This document shows positions 37,210-47,031 of a DNA stretch of 64,000 bases, one piece after another. Within the stretch, counting starts at the first letter, position 1, and each line of letters opens with the position of its first letter. The DNA is from Eubacteriales bacterium. GTDB lineage: Bacteria > Bacillota > Clostridia > Christensenellales > UMGS416. The position numbers were made by a program, and so were the translations under genes. The stretch is taken from positions 1 through 64,000 of the forward strand of contig JBFLKU010000029.1 in the NCBI GenBank assembly GCA_040883315.1. The letters are read 5' to 3'. The notes under the pieces were generated by a model. The model saw nothing but the letters and a program-made list of their open reading frames with translations, had not been told where the DNA came from and searched no databases.

Positions 37210-37770
37210 CTATTGATGCACCTCTGCGTCCTTTTTCAGCATGCGTATTCTTTTGCGGAATTTGCGGGATATCAGCAAAAATATCAGTCCCAGCACAATG
37301 CATAGCATTCCCATAATAAAATTTGTGCCTATTAAATTCGATGCACTATCCGATGACATATTACTAGCTGCAATAGCCACATTAGAGCAGCCTATGGCTA
37401 TCTCTGCCATTGCCAGAGTCAACCAAAAGGTGTTTACTCTTTTGAAGTGCTTCATCTTGGATTCGATATCTGTATACATTTCGAATTCGCCATCCACTGC
37501 CTTTTTGCGCAAATACACCCAGCGCATATAGCTGGCAACGTGCTCCACGCCGCTTTCTTCCAGAAATCTGATATATGCCTTGCTCTCCTCTGAGCTTGCC
37601 AAATTCTCCAGAAGCTCCAGCCTGTATATGTATTTTCCCGGCTCGCCTTCGGAAAATGTATACCTGCCCCAGCTGTATCCATCCATATGCATGCCCTTTG
37701 CTGCCATTTTGTTCAGCCACTTCTCTTCATTCTCATAGTCCCAGTATAGTTTCCTTACAACGTGTTTCAT
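37210..37770 (-). CDS. DUF2812-family membrane protein (PadR partner)
   Basis: Overlaps the PadR stop by 4 nt. N-terminal soluble domain plus 2 TM. Confidence 0.6.
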   Translation of the reverse strand: MKHVVRKLYWDYENEEKWLNKMAAKGMHMDGYSWGRYTFSEGEPGKYIYRLELLENLASSEESKAYIRFLEESGVEHVASYMRWVYLRKKAVDGEFEMYTDIESKMKHFKRVNTFWLTLAMAEIAIGCSNVAIAASNMSSDSASNLIGTNFIMGMLCIVLGLIFLLISRKFRKRIRMLKKDAEVHQ

Positions 37771-38090
37771 CTTTTGTCCTCCCCTAGTATTTTTTTGCCG
37801 TTTGATACAAGCTCCTCAAGCCTTGATATTTCGTTTTGTACTATTAGTTTCCCCGTGTCGGTTATTTGATACTCTTTTTTTCTGGAATTTTTCTCGCCCT
37901 CCATAGGCTGTATCCATCCTTTTGAAACCGTGGTGTTTATGGCTCCGTACAGTGTGCCGGGACCTAAATCCACCCTGCCTCCGCTTATTTCTTTTACGTT
38001 CTGCATTATGCCGTAGCCGTGCAGCGGGCTATATAGGCTGAGCAAAATGTAGAATACTACCTCTGTTAATGCATTTTTATTTTCAGGCAT
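37767..38090 (-). CDS. PadR-family transcriptional regulator
   Basis: 'LHGYGIMQNV...DLGPGTLYGAINT...KKEYQITDTG'. Confidence 0.8.
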   Translation of the reverse strand: MPENKNALTEVVFYILLSLYSPLHGYGIMQNVKEISGGRVDLGPGTLYGAINTTVSKGWIQPMEGEKNSRKKEYQITDTGKLIVQNEISRLEELVSNGKKILGEDKR

Positions 38091-38137
38091 ATGCCACCTC
38101 CTCTTGTTACGTTTGTCGATATATCGGCTTACGTAGT

Positions 38138-38166
38138 ATTATATCGGCAAGCGATATAGTTGTCAA
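38138..38166 (-). promoter_or_regulatory. Promoter TTGACA-17-TATAAT for the padR-DUF2812 operon, with CGATATA-type repeats nearby
   Basis: Exact consensus on the minus strand. The palindrome CGATATATCG lies downstream. Confidence 0.5.
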
Positions 38167-38311
38167 TATAAATTTTAATGTTTTTTTGCGAATTTTTTTT
38201 AGTATTTTAATGTTTTCCGTACAAAATATCAATATATTTGATATTTCAGCTTGACAATACTTTAATTATTTGATATGTTGTTAAAAAATATTAAATATAT
38301 TGGAGATAAAG

Positions 38312-39490
38312 ATGAAGATATTAAAATTAACGGGAAAAGTACTTTTAGGGATATTCTCCTTATTAATTATAGCAGTAGGTGTGTTTTTGGCTGTGAACGT
38401 AGACTTTTCAAATCCAGATGACCTGCAGACATTCCTAGACAATAAAAGCAGGAAACTAGATGTAGCCGGCATGGCATTTGCCCTGGTAGAGGGAGATGAG
38501 ATGACGCAATTCTATTCATACGGCTATGCGGACATAGCGGAGCAAACCCCCATCACTGAGGACACCATTTTTCAAATGGCTTCCGTCTCAAAGACGGTGA
38601 CAGGCACTGCGATAATGCAGCTTGCAGATGCAGGCAAAATAGATATTGATGAGGATATAAACACCTATCTGCCATTCGAGGTGCATAATCCGAATCACCC
38701 GGACGCAGCAATCACCACACGAATGCTGCTGACCCACACATCATCCATAATAGACAACTGGGATGTGTATGATTCATTCTACACCATCGATGCAGGCGGC
38801 GGCGACCCAACTATCAGCTTGGCAGAATTCAACGAAGGATATCTGACAGAAGACGGCGAATACTACGATGCCGCTATGAATTTTTCTCCTGATACACCCG
38901 GCACATACTATGAATACTCCAACTGCGGCTATGCACTGCTAGGATATATACTAGAGTGCGTGACAGGCACAGATTTCAATATTTACTGCAACGAAAATAT
39001 ATTCACCCCACTAGGCATGGACAGCACCAGATGGTTTTTGCACGAGACAGATTTAAGCAGGCTGGCAAAGCCACACGAGGGCGAAAATGCACTACCCTAC
39101 TATAGCTTTGCAACATACCCGGACGGCTGCCTAAGAACATCCGCCAGCGACTACAGCAAATTCCTATCCATGTATATGAATGGCGGCAAGCTAGGCGGCG
39201 TGAGAATACTGGAGCAAAGCACAGTGGAGAATATGTTGAAACCACAGGTAGCTGATTTATATGAAAACCAAGGGCTGACGTGGGATTTGAAAGTGCCGGA
39301 GGAAATATTTATTAAATGCGATAGCTACGTATTCGGGCACAGCGGCGGCGACCCGGGAGTATCCACCATGGTGATGTTTAATCCAGAAACACAAAAGGCA
39401 GCTATTTTTCTGATAAACAGCGATGTGGAGCTGAAAGAGCTGATTACATACAGGCAGATAATCCAGCGCATGGTGGCGGAGATAGGATAA
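38312..39490 (+). CDS. Serine hydrolase of the beta-lactamase/PBP4*-like family, membrane-anchored
   Basis: 'FQMASVSKTVTG' SxxK active-site motif. N-terminal TM. GGAG RBS before ATG 38312. Confidence 0.75.
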   Translation: MKILKLTGKVLLGIFSLLIIAVGVFLAVNVDFSNPDDLQTFLDNKSRKLDVAGMAFALVEGDEMTQFYSYGYADIAEQTPITEDTIFQMASVSKTVTGTAIMQLADAGKIDIDEDINTYLPFEVHNPNHPDAAITTRMLLTHTSSIIDNWDVYDSFYTIDAGGGDPTISLAEFNEGYLTEDGEYYDAAMNFSPDTPGTYYEYSNCGYALLGYILECVTGTDFNIYCNENIFTPLGMDSTRWFLHETDLSRLAKPHEGENALPYYSFATYPDGCLRTSASDYSKFLSMYMNGGKLGGVRILEQSTVENMLKPQVADLYENQGLTWDLKVPEEIFIKCDSYVFGHSGGDPGVSTMVMFNPETQKAAIFLINSDVELKELITYRQIIQRMVAEIG

Positions 39491-39563
39491 TAAATGAACT
39501 AAAAGGAATATGGAGGCTTTGCCTCCATACCTCCATTTAAGGGACTAGTCCCTTAAAAATCCC
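39491..39563 (+). repeat. Dispersed double-hairpin element, copy B
   Basis: AAATGAACTAAAAGGAAT..GGAGGCtttGCCTCC..TTAAGGGACtaGTCCCTTAA. Confidence 0.4.
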
Positions 39564-39674
39564 AAAAATCTCATTCTATATGCCTATCTTTTTGTGCTCG
39601 CTTTATTTTTCCTTAATTGCTGATATAATATAAGTATAAGTGAAATATTTTAATATTAAGGAATGAGGTACAAA

Positions 39675-40136
39675 ATGTTTAAAATATTTAAGAAGCAAAA
39701 TAAAAAGGATAATCAACTGCCAAAATCTACGCAGCAGATACTAAGCGAGACATTTACCAACCTGATAGCTGCTTTTGATAAAGATGCAAAAAAACTTAGC
39801 CCGCCTGATTTTAATCTATGTCTTATTGAAATACTAGAAATGGAAGTGAACAACGGCGGATTCAATTTGTATTTCGTCAATTCATATGGCGGCTACATAC
39901 AGCAAACTATCGATGCACTGGATACAATAGGCTCTAAAGTTTTTAAGGAAATTTTACAAAAGGCAAAAAAACTATATCCCAGCGATTCCATATCAGAAGA
40001 CAGGTCGGAAAGAGTGGAGCTAATTATGGACTCAGAGGGACTTTTTGAAAAACTAGACAGAGAATTTTATGCAGCCTACAGCAAGGAAGACATACACCAG
40101 ATGCTTTTAGATTATTATAATAAGCATAAAAAATAG
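39675..40136 (+). CDS. DUF4375-like protein
   Basis: 'EVNNGGFNLYFVNSYG' motif. GAGG RBS before ATG 39675. Confidence 0.45.
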   Translation: MFKIFKKQNKKDNQLPKSTQQILSETFTNLIAAFDKDAKKLSPPDFNLCLIEILEMEVNNGGFNLYFVNSYGGYIQQTIDALDTIGSKVFKEILQKAKKLYPSDSISEDRSERVELIMDSEGLFEKLDREFYAAYSKEDIHQMLLDYYNKHKK

Positions 40137-40143
40137 CACATTA

Positions 40144-40175
40144 AAAGAGACCGTTTAAAACCGGTCTCTTTTTTC
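40144..40175. terminator. Bidirectional intrinsic terminator
   Basis: AGAGACCG-tttaaaa-CCGGTCTCT then TTTTT. Confidence 0.75.
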
Positions 40176-40959
40176 AATCTGTTTTTACATTCACTCCATC
40201 ATACGTAAAGTATCTATCAAAGCTTTCCACTGTCAGCATATCCTCAAAAGACGTCGGCTGCATTTGCTCCAAGTCGTAGGGCAGCGTAATTTCACTTTGG
40301 TCATCTACAGACCAGCTGGCTACGCCGATAAATCCTCCGTCGTAGTATAATACACTTAAGTAAAGATTATTCATTAAAAGGTGTGATTTCACTATAAATA
40401 GCTTGCCGTCATCTGTCATAAAATATTTGTCTATGGATATGCTATCCGGTGCATTCATATTGCCAGTATGCACCAGCAGGTTTTTGTCCCCGTAGTATGT
40501 GATGTCCGTAAGCATAATTTCTTTGTCTCTTTCCACATAGTCATACATAATATTATTATAGCTATATGTTCTGCCCTCTTTGCTTATCTTGGTCACTACG
40601 TACAGCTGGTTTTCTGCGTCATCCGTCTCGGAATACGCCTCGTGTTCCCGATTATAGTTGAGGTATAGCCCTTCAATGATGCTGTCACATACTCTATAGT
40701 CCGCAAACTCCATATTCCAGTTATCGCTGTCCAGCTTATCCAGCCCTTCCTCCAGAAAGTTTATCATTTCTTTTGAAAGTGCCAGCATGTCAGCCAGCTT
40801 TTGCATGTCCGGGTCATCTGTGCCCTTTTCTTCTGTCGCCTGCTGCTGCGATGCATCGTCTGCCTGCTCAATGTCTTTAGTCTCGGCATTTTCGGTGATG
40901 CACGATGCCAGCAAAAGCATTATACATAAAATCAACAAAACTAATCTCTTCATATTCAT
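40174..40959 (-). CDS. Lipoprotein of unknown function
   Basis: Signal peptide plus lipobox 'LLASC'. Confidence 0.6.
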   Translation of the reverse strand: MNMKRLVLLILCIMLLLASCITENAETKDIEQADDASQQQATEEKGTDDPDMQKLADMLALSKEMINFLEEGLDKLDSDNWNMEFADYRVCDSIIEGLYLNYNREHEAYSETDDAENQLYVVTKISKEGRTYSYNNIMYDYVERDKEIMLTDITYYGDKNLLVHTGNMNAPDSISIDKYFMTDDGKLFIVKSHLLMNNLYLSVLYYDGGFIGVASWSVDDQSEITLPYDLEQMQPTSFEDMLTVESFDRYFTYDGVNVKTD

Positions 40960-41079
40960 CTACCTTTTTCTGCCTTTTCTGAAATTCTATCACTGTGTAT
41001 TTGTTATGTCAAAGAAAATATAATATATCAAAAAGAGCCGACCGAAGCCAGCTCTATCTATAATATGTTTTGTTTGTGA

Positions 41080-42135
41080 TTAGTCCAGTAAATCCTTTTC
41101 TATCTCTCTTTGCATTGCCTTGGTCAGCTCGTAGTCATCATTAACCGTATACATGAATATATCCGCATAGTAGTGCTCCGAAATAGCAAACACTCCGCTC
41201 ACATATCCCACTCCTGAGCTTTCCTGCACGGAATTGTATGCCACCACCATACACGGCTCGCCATTCAAAAAATTCTCATCGATAATCGTATAGTCATCTC
41301 TATATGGCTGTCCTTGCAGGCTGTTCAAGATACTTCCTAAATCATTCGTATCCTCTGTCATCATCTCGCTGCACTGCATGTTAATAGAATTTTCTTTGTA
41401 TTGATAGTATGCATATCTGCCATATGCGTCTTCGCTATAATCGCCATCCTCTGTCGAGTTTTCCCATGCATCAGAAAGTATGAACACAAATTTATCCAGC
41501 TTGTACTGGTTTATTTTCGTTTTCGGGAAATCCGGCGTATTGTCCTCTATTTTTATTGTGTTTGCAATCTTGTCAATCAGTCTTCGCTGTGAGCTGTCTA
41601 TGTCGTTATTTATGCCCTCAGCCTCGCTAAGCGAATAGTATATATCAGCTACTACAAATCTATTGCTTAGCTCAAACAGCACAAAATCGCCGCTATAGTA
41701 ATAGTGAATGCCGTCCTTGCCCACTTGCAGACATTTATAGCTCAGCTTTTTCGCTTCCCTGTCGTTTATCACTACGTCTTCCACCACTCCGTATTCGCCC
41801 TCGGGAAACCAATAGGCAAATACTAGAGGCATCATATCATCTAGCGTCATGCCATAGTCTTTGTTTAGATAATACCAGTCAACATGCAGCAAAGTCGACT
41901 CGCTAACATAGTAGGCATCTTCGCCATCTTCATAGTATTCCACGGATTTTGGCGTCTGTATAGTCAGGGTCTCATCCGTATATGTATTGGTGAAAAGCAT
42001 GCTGTTGTCGCTGAAATGATTAATCGCAATAAAACTGCCAGCTATCAGCATAATAAAAACCACTATTTTGCTGCTTTTCTTTTTACCATTTCCATTGTTT
42101 TCATCGGTGTATCCGTAATTATAATTCTCGTCCAT
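41080..42135 (-). CDS. Membrane-anchored secreted protein, paralog family member
   Basis: N-terminal TM. 'GIHYYYSGDFVLFELSNRFVVADIYY' motif shared with 29200, 42213 and 43327. Confidence 0.6.
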   Translation of the reverse strand: MDENYNYGYTDENNGNGKKKSSKIVVFIMLIAGSFIAINHFSDNSMLFTNTYTDETLTIQTPKSVEYYEDGEDAYYVSESTLLHVDWYYLNKDYGMTLDDMMPLVFAYWFPEGEYGVVEDVVINDREAKKLSYKCLQVGKDGIHYYYSGDFVLFELSNRFVVADIYYSLSEAEGINNDIDSSQRRLIDKIANTIKIEDNTPDFPKTKINQYKLDKFVFILSDAWENSTEDGDYSEDAYGRYAYYQYKENSINMQCSEMMTEDTNDLGSILNSLQGQPYRDDYTIIDENFLNGEPCMVVAYNSVQESSGVGYVSGVFAISEHYYADIFMYTVNDDYELTKAMQREIEKDLLD

Positions 42136-42212
42136 AGCTCTGTCCTCTTTATATATTAATTAGAATGATTTTATCATTTGTGTTAGTCAAAGTCAAAGAT
42201 ATCATCGCATTT

Positions 42213-43205
42213 TCATTTCTGGTTTCCAAACAGCATATCTATCATTGCCCGCTTTATCTCTTGAGTAGATGAATATTCATTAGAATACGGGGATATAGTA
42301 AACTGAATTATGTATTTTTCAGAAGTCGCTACTAGTTCATAGTCATGTTTAGAATAATACAGTTCAAATTCCTCCTCACCCATCTTGTAGTTCCCAATAT
42401 AGTTATAAAAAACTGAATCATCGCGGTTTCCTACATGTTGAAAAATATAATCAATTCGTGCCCTATTATGATCAGTTATCAAATAACTGCGTATACTGGC
42501 TGACATTTCAGTATTATAAATGCTAATATCCTTGTTGCCGCTAAACATAAGACCAAACCAATACTCTGGAAGATTAAACTCTAAATCATAAAACTGTATG
42601 GTTATATTCTCAGCCGCCGGCATATCAGCAGTGTTATCGTCTACTTTTATCATATTAGTTATTTTATTGTAAAGCTCCAGCTGAATATCCTCAAAGTCCA
42701 ACACTTCGCCTTCGCCACGCACCAATGTATTATACATATCAATAACTAAAAATCTGTCTTCCAGCTCAATCAAAGTACCAAGCCCCGCCATATAATAGGT
42801 ATCATAATTAATCAGTGTCTTATAGATATAGTGCCTTTGCAGAGCGTTATATCCATCAATTTCCGCCGAGTATATTTCCGAGTATTCGCCGGGATACAAA
42901 TCCTTGAATATCATATCCATCATTTGGTCTTGGTTGAACGCAAAGTCTTTGTGTATATAATAATAGTTTATAATGGGTTTTTCTGATGTTTCTCTGTAGT
43001 CATTACTATCTATAACCATAAAATTAAATGGCACACTAATGACTATATTATCATCTTTTACTTTTTTGTATATTAGGTTTGTGTTCTGCCCTACTAAAAG
43101 AAATATCAGAGCCAATACCAATAGTATCAGCAACATTACCAGCAATAGCCCAATGTCTATCTTCTTTTCTTCTTTATTTATGTTCTCTTCCATGTGCTTC
43201 TCCAA
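42213..43205 (-). CDS. Membrane-anchored secreted protein, paralog family member
   Basis: N-terminal 35 aa identical to the 43327 gene. 'YMAGLGTLIELEDRFLVIDMYN'. Confidence 0.6.
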   Translation of the reverse strand: MEKHMEENINKEEKKIDIGLLLVMLLILLVLALIFLLVGQNTNLIYKKVKDDNIVISVPFNFMVIDSNDYRETSEKPIINYYYIHKDFAFNQDQMMDMIFKDLYPGEYSEIYSAEIDGYNALQRHYIYKTLINYDTYYMAGLGTLIELEDRFLVIDMYNTLVRGEGEVLDFEDIQLELYNKITNMIKVDDNTADMPAAENITIQFYDLEFNLPEYWFGLMFSGNKDISIYNTEMSASIRSYLITDHNRARIDYIFQHVGNRDDSVFYNYIGNYKMGEEEFELYYSKHDYELVATSEKYIIQFTISPYSNEYSSTQEIKRAMIDMLFGNQK

Positions 43206-43326
43206 TTTCTATCTTCTGCAAAAGTTTATTTATGCAAATTACATCTGTCAAAGAAAACATAAATAGATGTTTTTAGCTTTTGCAATATGTTTTTTATCAA
43301 AATTGTGTCCAATAAGTTCTTTGTTT

Positions 43327-44322
43327 CTATTCCCCGAAAATCATCTCTAAAAGTGCCTGCTTTGGCACCTCATCCGCTATATAATCCAATTCATAGCTGT
43401 ATAGCTTTATAATAAAATAGCATTTGTCAGAGACAGCCACTATCTCCTTTCCATTGTCTATGAAAACCGTAAATGGTTCTCCGTCCAGCATGTATTCGCC
43501 TATATATTCATCGTCGTTAACAAGGTCTATGTTTTCTTTTTTATTAATATAATATTCAGTTACAACGTTTTCTGTTTTCTGAACTGCATGCCCGATAAGC
43601 ATAGCATATGAAAATTCATCATTATTAAAGCTTATATTCACTTTGCTGCTCATGAATACACTCCAATACCCAGGCAATGTAATATCCAGCCCTGCAAAGT
43701 TTACTACTGTATCGTCCGGTTCATGCATATTCGCAGTGTTGTCATGTATTTTTAGTGTGTCCATTATTTTATTATAAAAATCCAGTTGGATATCCTCCAG
43801 ATTCATGGTTTCGCCCGTTTCTACATCCACTTTTTCATAAACATTGATCACTAGGAATCTATCTTCCAGCTCTATCAGCGTAGCCAGCCCTGCCACATAA
43901 TAAAACCCCGAAATTTTCCCGCTATGGTCTAAATATATGTAATTATACTGAAGAGCATCATAGCCATCTAGCTTTCTTTTATAGATATCAGAATACTTCC
44001 ATTCATCATAAAGAATGTCTTTCATCAGAACGTTCACTATTTGCTCTTTTGTCAGCCCATAGTCCTTGTGGATGTAATAATAATGTATGTATCCGTCATT
44101 TTCATCTTCCGCTGCTTCATTGCTCTCAATCACCTCATAGCTGTAGGGCACACTAATGCGTATATTATCATCTTTTACTTTTTTGCGAATTGGGTTTGTG
44201 TTTTCCCCTATTAAAATGAATATCAGAGCCAATACCAATAGTATTAGCAACATTACTAGCAATAGCCCAATGTCTATCTTCTTTTCTTCTTTATTTATGT
44301 TCTCTTCCATGTGCTTCTCCAA
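43327..44322 (-). CDS. Membrane-anchored secreted protein, paralog family member
   Basis: Recent tandem duplicate of 42213-43205. Upstream region also duplicated. Confidence 0.6.
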   Translation of the reverse strand: MEKHMEENINKEEKKIDIGLLLVMLLILLVLALIFILIGENTNPIRKKVKDDNIRISVPYSYEVIESNEAAEDENDGYIHYYYIHKDYGLTKEQIVNVLMKDILYDEWKYSDIYKRKLDGYDALQYNYIYLDHSGKISGFYYVAGLATLIELEDRFLVINVYEKVDVETGETMNLEDIQLDFYNKIMDTLKIHDNTANMHEPDDTVVNFAGLDITLPGYWSVFMSSKVNISFNNDEFSYAMLIGHAVQKTENVVTEYYINKKENIDLVNDDEYIGEYMLDGEPFTVFIDNGKEIVAVSDKCYFIIKLYSYELDYIADEVPKQALLEMIFGE

Positions 44323-44406
44323 TTTCTATCTTCTGTAAAAGTTTATCATCTGAAATCACATCTGTAAAGATAAAAAGAGCCGACCTATGCCAGCTCATTA
44401 TTTTTA

Positions 44407-45084
44407 TTATCCATCCATCTTTTTCATCATATCCATAGTCATATCCAGGTATTCTACCGCAGGCTGCTTAATGGATATCACAGCACCATCTGCATTTAGT
44501 GCATGGTTGATGGTATCCTCCACAAACTGTGCACGGGATAGAAAATCCTCATACAGTTTTTCATCGCCTTTATTTACTATAATCTCTGTCACTTTCCCAT
44601 ATAGCCTAGTCACCTCGTGTGTCCACATCTCTGCCAGTGCCTTGGGTGAAGCCGGACTGAAAAGCCCTTGTTCTATTCCCTTTAATATCAGCTTTTCATA
44701 TATGCCGGAGAGCAGGTCTATAAAGTCGAATGCCATCTTCTGCACTATAGCGTCGCTGTCCTTATGGGCATAGATATTTATCAGCTCTTTCCAGTCGGAA
44801 AGTCTTTGTTTCTTGTAGTCATTCAGGCTGCTAAATACAGTATTCAGCAGATAAATCGTGTCGTTTTCCGTGCTCTGCAGCATGCTTTCATATAGCTTTA
44901 CAATCTCCTTGAAAAACCTATTGGTTATCTCCTCCAAGACCTCTTTTTTGGATGCAAAGTGATGATAGAACCCGCCCTTGCTGCTGCCCGATCTTTCCAC
45001 TATCTGCGCTATAGTAGCCTTTTCATATCCGTATTCGCCGAATATCTCCAAAGCCGCCTGAACTATTCTGTCCTTCAGATCCAC
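44407..45084 (-). CDS. TetR/AcrR family transcriptional regulator
   Basis: 'IVQAALEIFGEYGYEKATIAQIVERSGSSKGGFYHHF'. GTG 45084 with AGAGGTGA RBS (track ORF to 45171 overlaps the permease). Confidence 0.75.
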   Translation of the reverse strand: MDLKDRIVQAALEIFGEYGYEKATIAQIVERSGSSKGGFYHHFASKKEVLEEITNRFFKEIVKLYESMLQSTENDTIYLLNTVFSSLNDYKKQRLSDWKELINIYAHKDSDAIVQKMAFDFIDLLSGIYEKLILKGIEQGLFSPASPKALAEMWTHEVTRLYGKVTEIIVNKGDEKLYEDFLSRAQFVEDTINHALNADGAVISIKQPAVEYLDMTMDMMKKMDG

Positions 45085-45095
45085 AAAATCACCTC

Positions 45096-45911
45096 TTATA
45101 TTGCTAGGCTCTTTTTGTTGAATATTATAACTCCCAGCGAATATAGAGCTGCCGATGCCAGCACCAGACACAGGCTGACTATCATTACATATTTGTTGTC
45201 ATTCAGCACTTTGTCTGTGTTCAGCAAAGTATATATGCTGAAATATCTGAAAAAGTCCACCTTTTCACTGATGTCTGCCAGCATCTTGAACAAAACAAAT
45301 GCTATCGGTATGCCTGCCCCGAATGCCAGGGATGCCTTTGAGTCGCTGAATATGCACGAAGCCAAAAAGCTGATGCTGCTGACTGCGAGTATAATAAAAA
45401 GTGTTACCATATTCAGCACCAAGAATCTGCCTATTTCCAGATGCCCCGGGAATATTGCCTCCGATAGCCCAATCAGCACGCCAACCATAAACGAAAGCAT
45501 TGCAGTCAGGGATATTATCAAATATAGTGCCTGTGTCATTGCCACCTTTATTCGGGTGTTTGGTGTAGCCAAAATATAGGACATAGACCCTCTGTCTACG
45601 TGCTTGGCTATCAGATTGTTTGCAACTATGGATATATATATTATAGGAAAGACCAAAAGGATGAATCCATATAAGTACCCTGCCAAATATGTGGTCAGGT
45701 TGGTTCCCAACCCCACAAATCCAAAAGCCTTTATCATTCCCTCCGGCAGCATGTCAAACATTGCCTGCATTGCCGTTGCACTCTCCGGGTCGAACATTGC
45801 TATTGCTGTGGAAACATATATCATCAGCATGCCAACTATAAAAACAAAAATACCCCAGTTGGATTTCATATTGGTTTTAAATAATGTCCAGCTCATATTA
45901 TGCCTCCTCAT
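45096..45911 (-). CDS. ABC-2 family transporter permease (paralog of 25654-26454)
   Basis: Alignable to the first permease, e.g. 'MFNPEDAASIQAVFSMMPEGMVKAFGF' versus 'MFDPESATAMQAMFDMLPEGMIKAFGF'. Confidence 0.8.
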   Translation of the reverse strand: MRRHNMSWTLFKTNMKSNWGIFVFIVGMLMIYVSTAIAMFDPESATAMQAMFDMLPEGMIKAFGFVGLGTNLTTYLAGYLYGFILLVFPIIYISIVANNLIAKHVDRGSMSYILATPNTRIKVAMTQALYLIISLTAMLSFMVGVLIGLSEAIFPGHLEIGRFLVLNMVTLFIILAVSSISFLASCIFSDSKASLAFGAGIPIAFVLFKMLADISEKVDFFRYFSIYTLLNTDKVLNDNKYVMIVSLCLVLASAALYSLGVIIFNKKSLAI

Positions 45912-46779
45912 TTTCGTAGTACTTCATAAACATATTTTCCAATGTGATGTGCTCCACTTCCAGCGACTTTACATCGCACTTTGAAAGCAGTGCATAGAAA
46001 TCATTAAATGGATATGATGCAGATATTTTCACTTTTGTCTCGCCCACTTTTTGCGTGTCGAATTTGCTATCCTCTATCAGCTTCATGTCCTTTTTCTTCC
46101 CTAGTGTCACCACAAATGTCTTGGTATTTACAGAGTCTAAATCCCCGATGTTTTGAATGGTTACAATTCTTCCATCTTTTATTATGCCTACTCTGTCGCA
46201 GGATCTCTGCACCTCTTCGAAAATATGCGAGGACATCAGTATAGTTTTCCCTCTGCTTTTCTCTTCCTTTATAAGCTCCATGAATACATTCTGCATCAGC
46301 GGATCCAATCCGCTGGTTGGCTCATCCAAAATATAAACTTTAGGGTCATGCATAAATGCAGCGATAATTCCAATTTTCTGTTTCATGCCCTTGGACATCT
46401 TCTTTATCTTGCCGCTGGCATCCAGATCGAATCTTTTTATCAGCTCTTCCTTTCGGCTGGTGTCCTTCATGCCTCTCATTTCGCCAAGGAATTTCAAAAA
46501 TTCATTCCCCGTCATATAGTCCAGCATATTCATTTCGCCGGGAAGATACCCAACCATCTTTTGCAGCTCTGCGGCATTTTTTCTGCACTCCAGACCATTT
46601 ACAACCGCACTTCCGCTTTCTGCATTGGCAAAGCCCATCAGCCCGCGTATGGTGGTAGTCTTGCCTGCGCCGTTTGGACCAAGATAGCCAAATACTTCGC
46701 CTTCAGCCACACCAAAGCTGACATCGAATATGCCCTTGCCGCTTTTGTATACCTGAGTCAGGTTGTCCACTTTTATCAT
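45898..46779 (-). CDS. ABC transporter ATP-binding protein (paralog of 26455-27339)
   Basis: Walker A 'GPNGAGKTT', 'LSKGMKQK', 'ILDEPTSGLD'. Confidence 0.9.
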   Translation of the reverse strand: MIKVDNLTQVYKSGKGIFDVSFGVAEGEVFGYLGPNGAGKTTTIRGLMGFANAESGSAVVNGLECRKNAAELQKMVGYLPGEMNMLDYMTGNEFLKFLGEMRGMKDTSRKEELIKRFDLDASGKIKKMSKGMKQKIGIIAAFMHDPKVYILDEPTSGLDPLMQNVFMELIKEEKSRGKTILMSSHIFEEVQRSCDRVGIIKDGRIVTIQNIGDLDSVNTKTFVVTLGKKKDMKLIEDSKFDTQKVGETKVKISASYPFNDFYALLSKCDVKSLEVEHITLENMFMKYYENEEA

Positions 46780-46807
46780 ATTACGCCCCCTTATCAGTGT
46801 CTTTTCC

Positions 46808-46832
46808 GTACCGACCGACCGTCGGTCTGTAC
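46808..46832. promoter_or_regulatory. GC-rich near-perfect palindrome GTACCGACCGACcGTCGGTCtGTAC in the 5' UTR of the ABC operon, a candidate TetR operator
   Basis: 7-bp perfect core arms GACCGAC/GTCGGTC. Unusual GC island in AT-rich intergenic DNA. Confidence 0.4.
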
Positions 46833-46948
46833 ATTCATGTTATTACAAGACATTTAATTTGTCAATAAAAAATACAGATTTTTTGCATTGAATAGATATT
46901 AAAATTAATAAATTTTTATGAATAATGAAATTTTATCCATAATAAGCA

Positions 46949-46977
46949 TTGACATGTTTTGTCGATAGTGATATATT
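46949..46977 (+). promoter_or_regulatory. Promoter TTGACA-17-TATATT
   Basis: Upstream of the SDR gene. Confidence 0.4.
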
Positions 46978-46982
46978 TTATT

Positions 46983-47002
46983 TATAGACCACCCGGTCTA
47001 TA
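46983..47002. promoter_or_regulatory. Palindrome TATAGACCacccGGTCTATA, a candidate operator
   Basis: Perfect 8-bp arms between the -10 and the RBS of the SDR-membrane-TetR operon. Confidence 0.35.
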
Positions 47003-47031
47003 AACCGAAATAGTAAAGGAAAGTATAAAAA

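Noticed and set aside
46153-46857. 234-aa + strand ORF over the second ABC ATPase
   Set aside because: Antisense to a gene with intact Walker A, signature and Walker B motifs.
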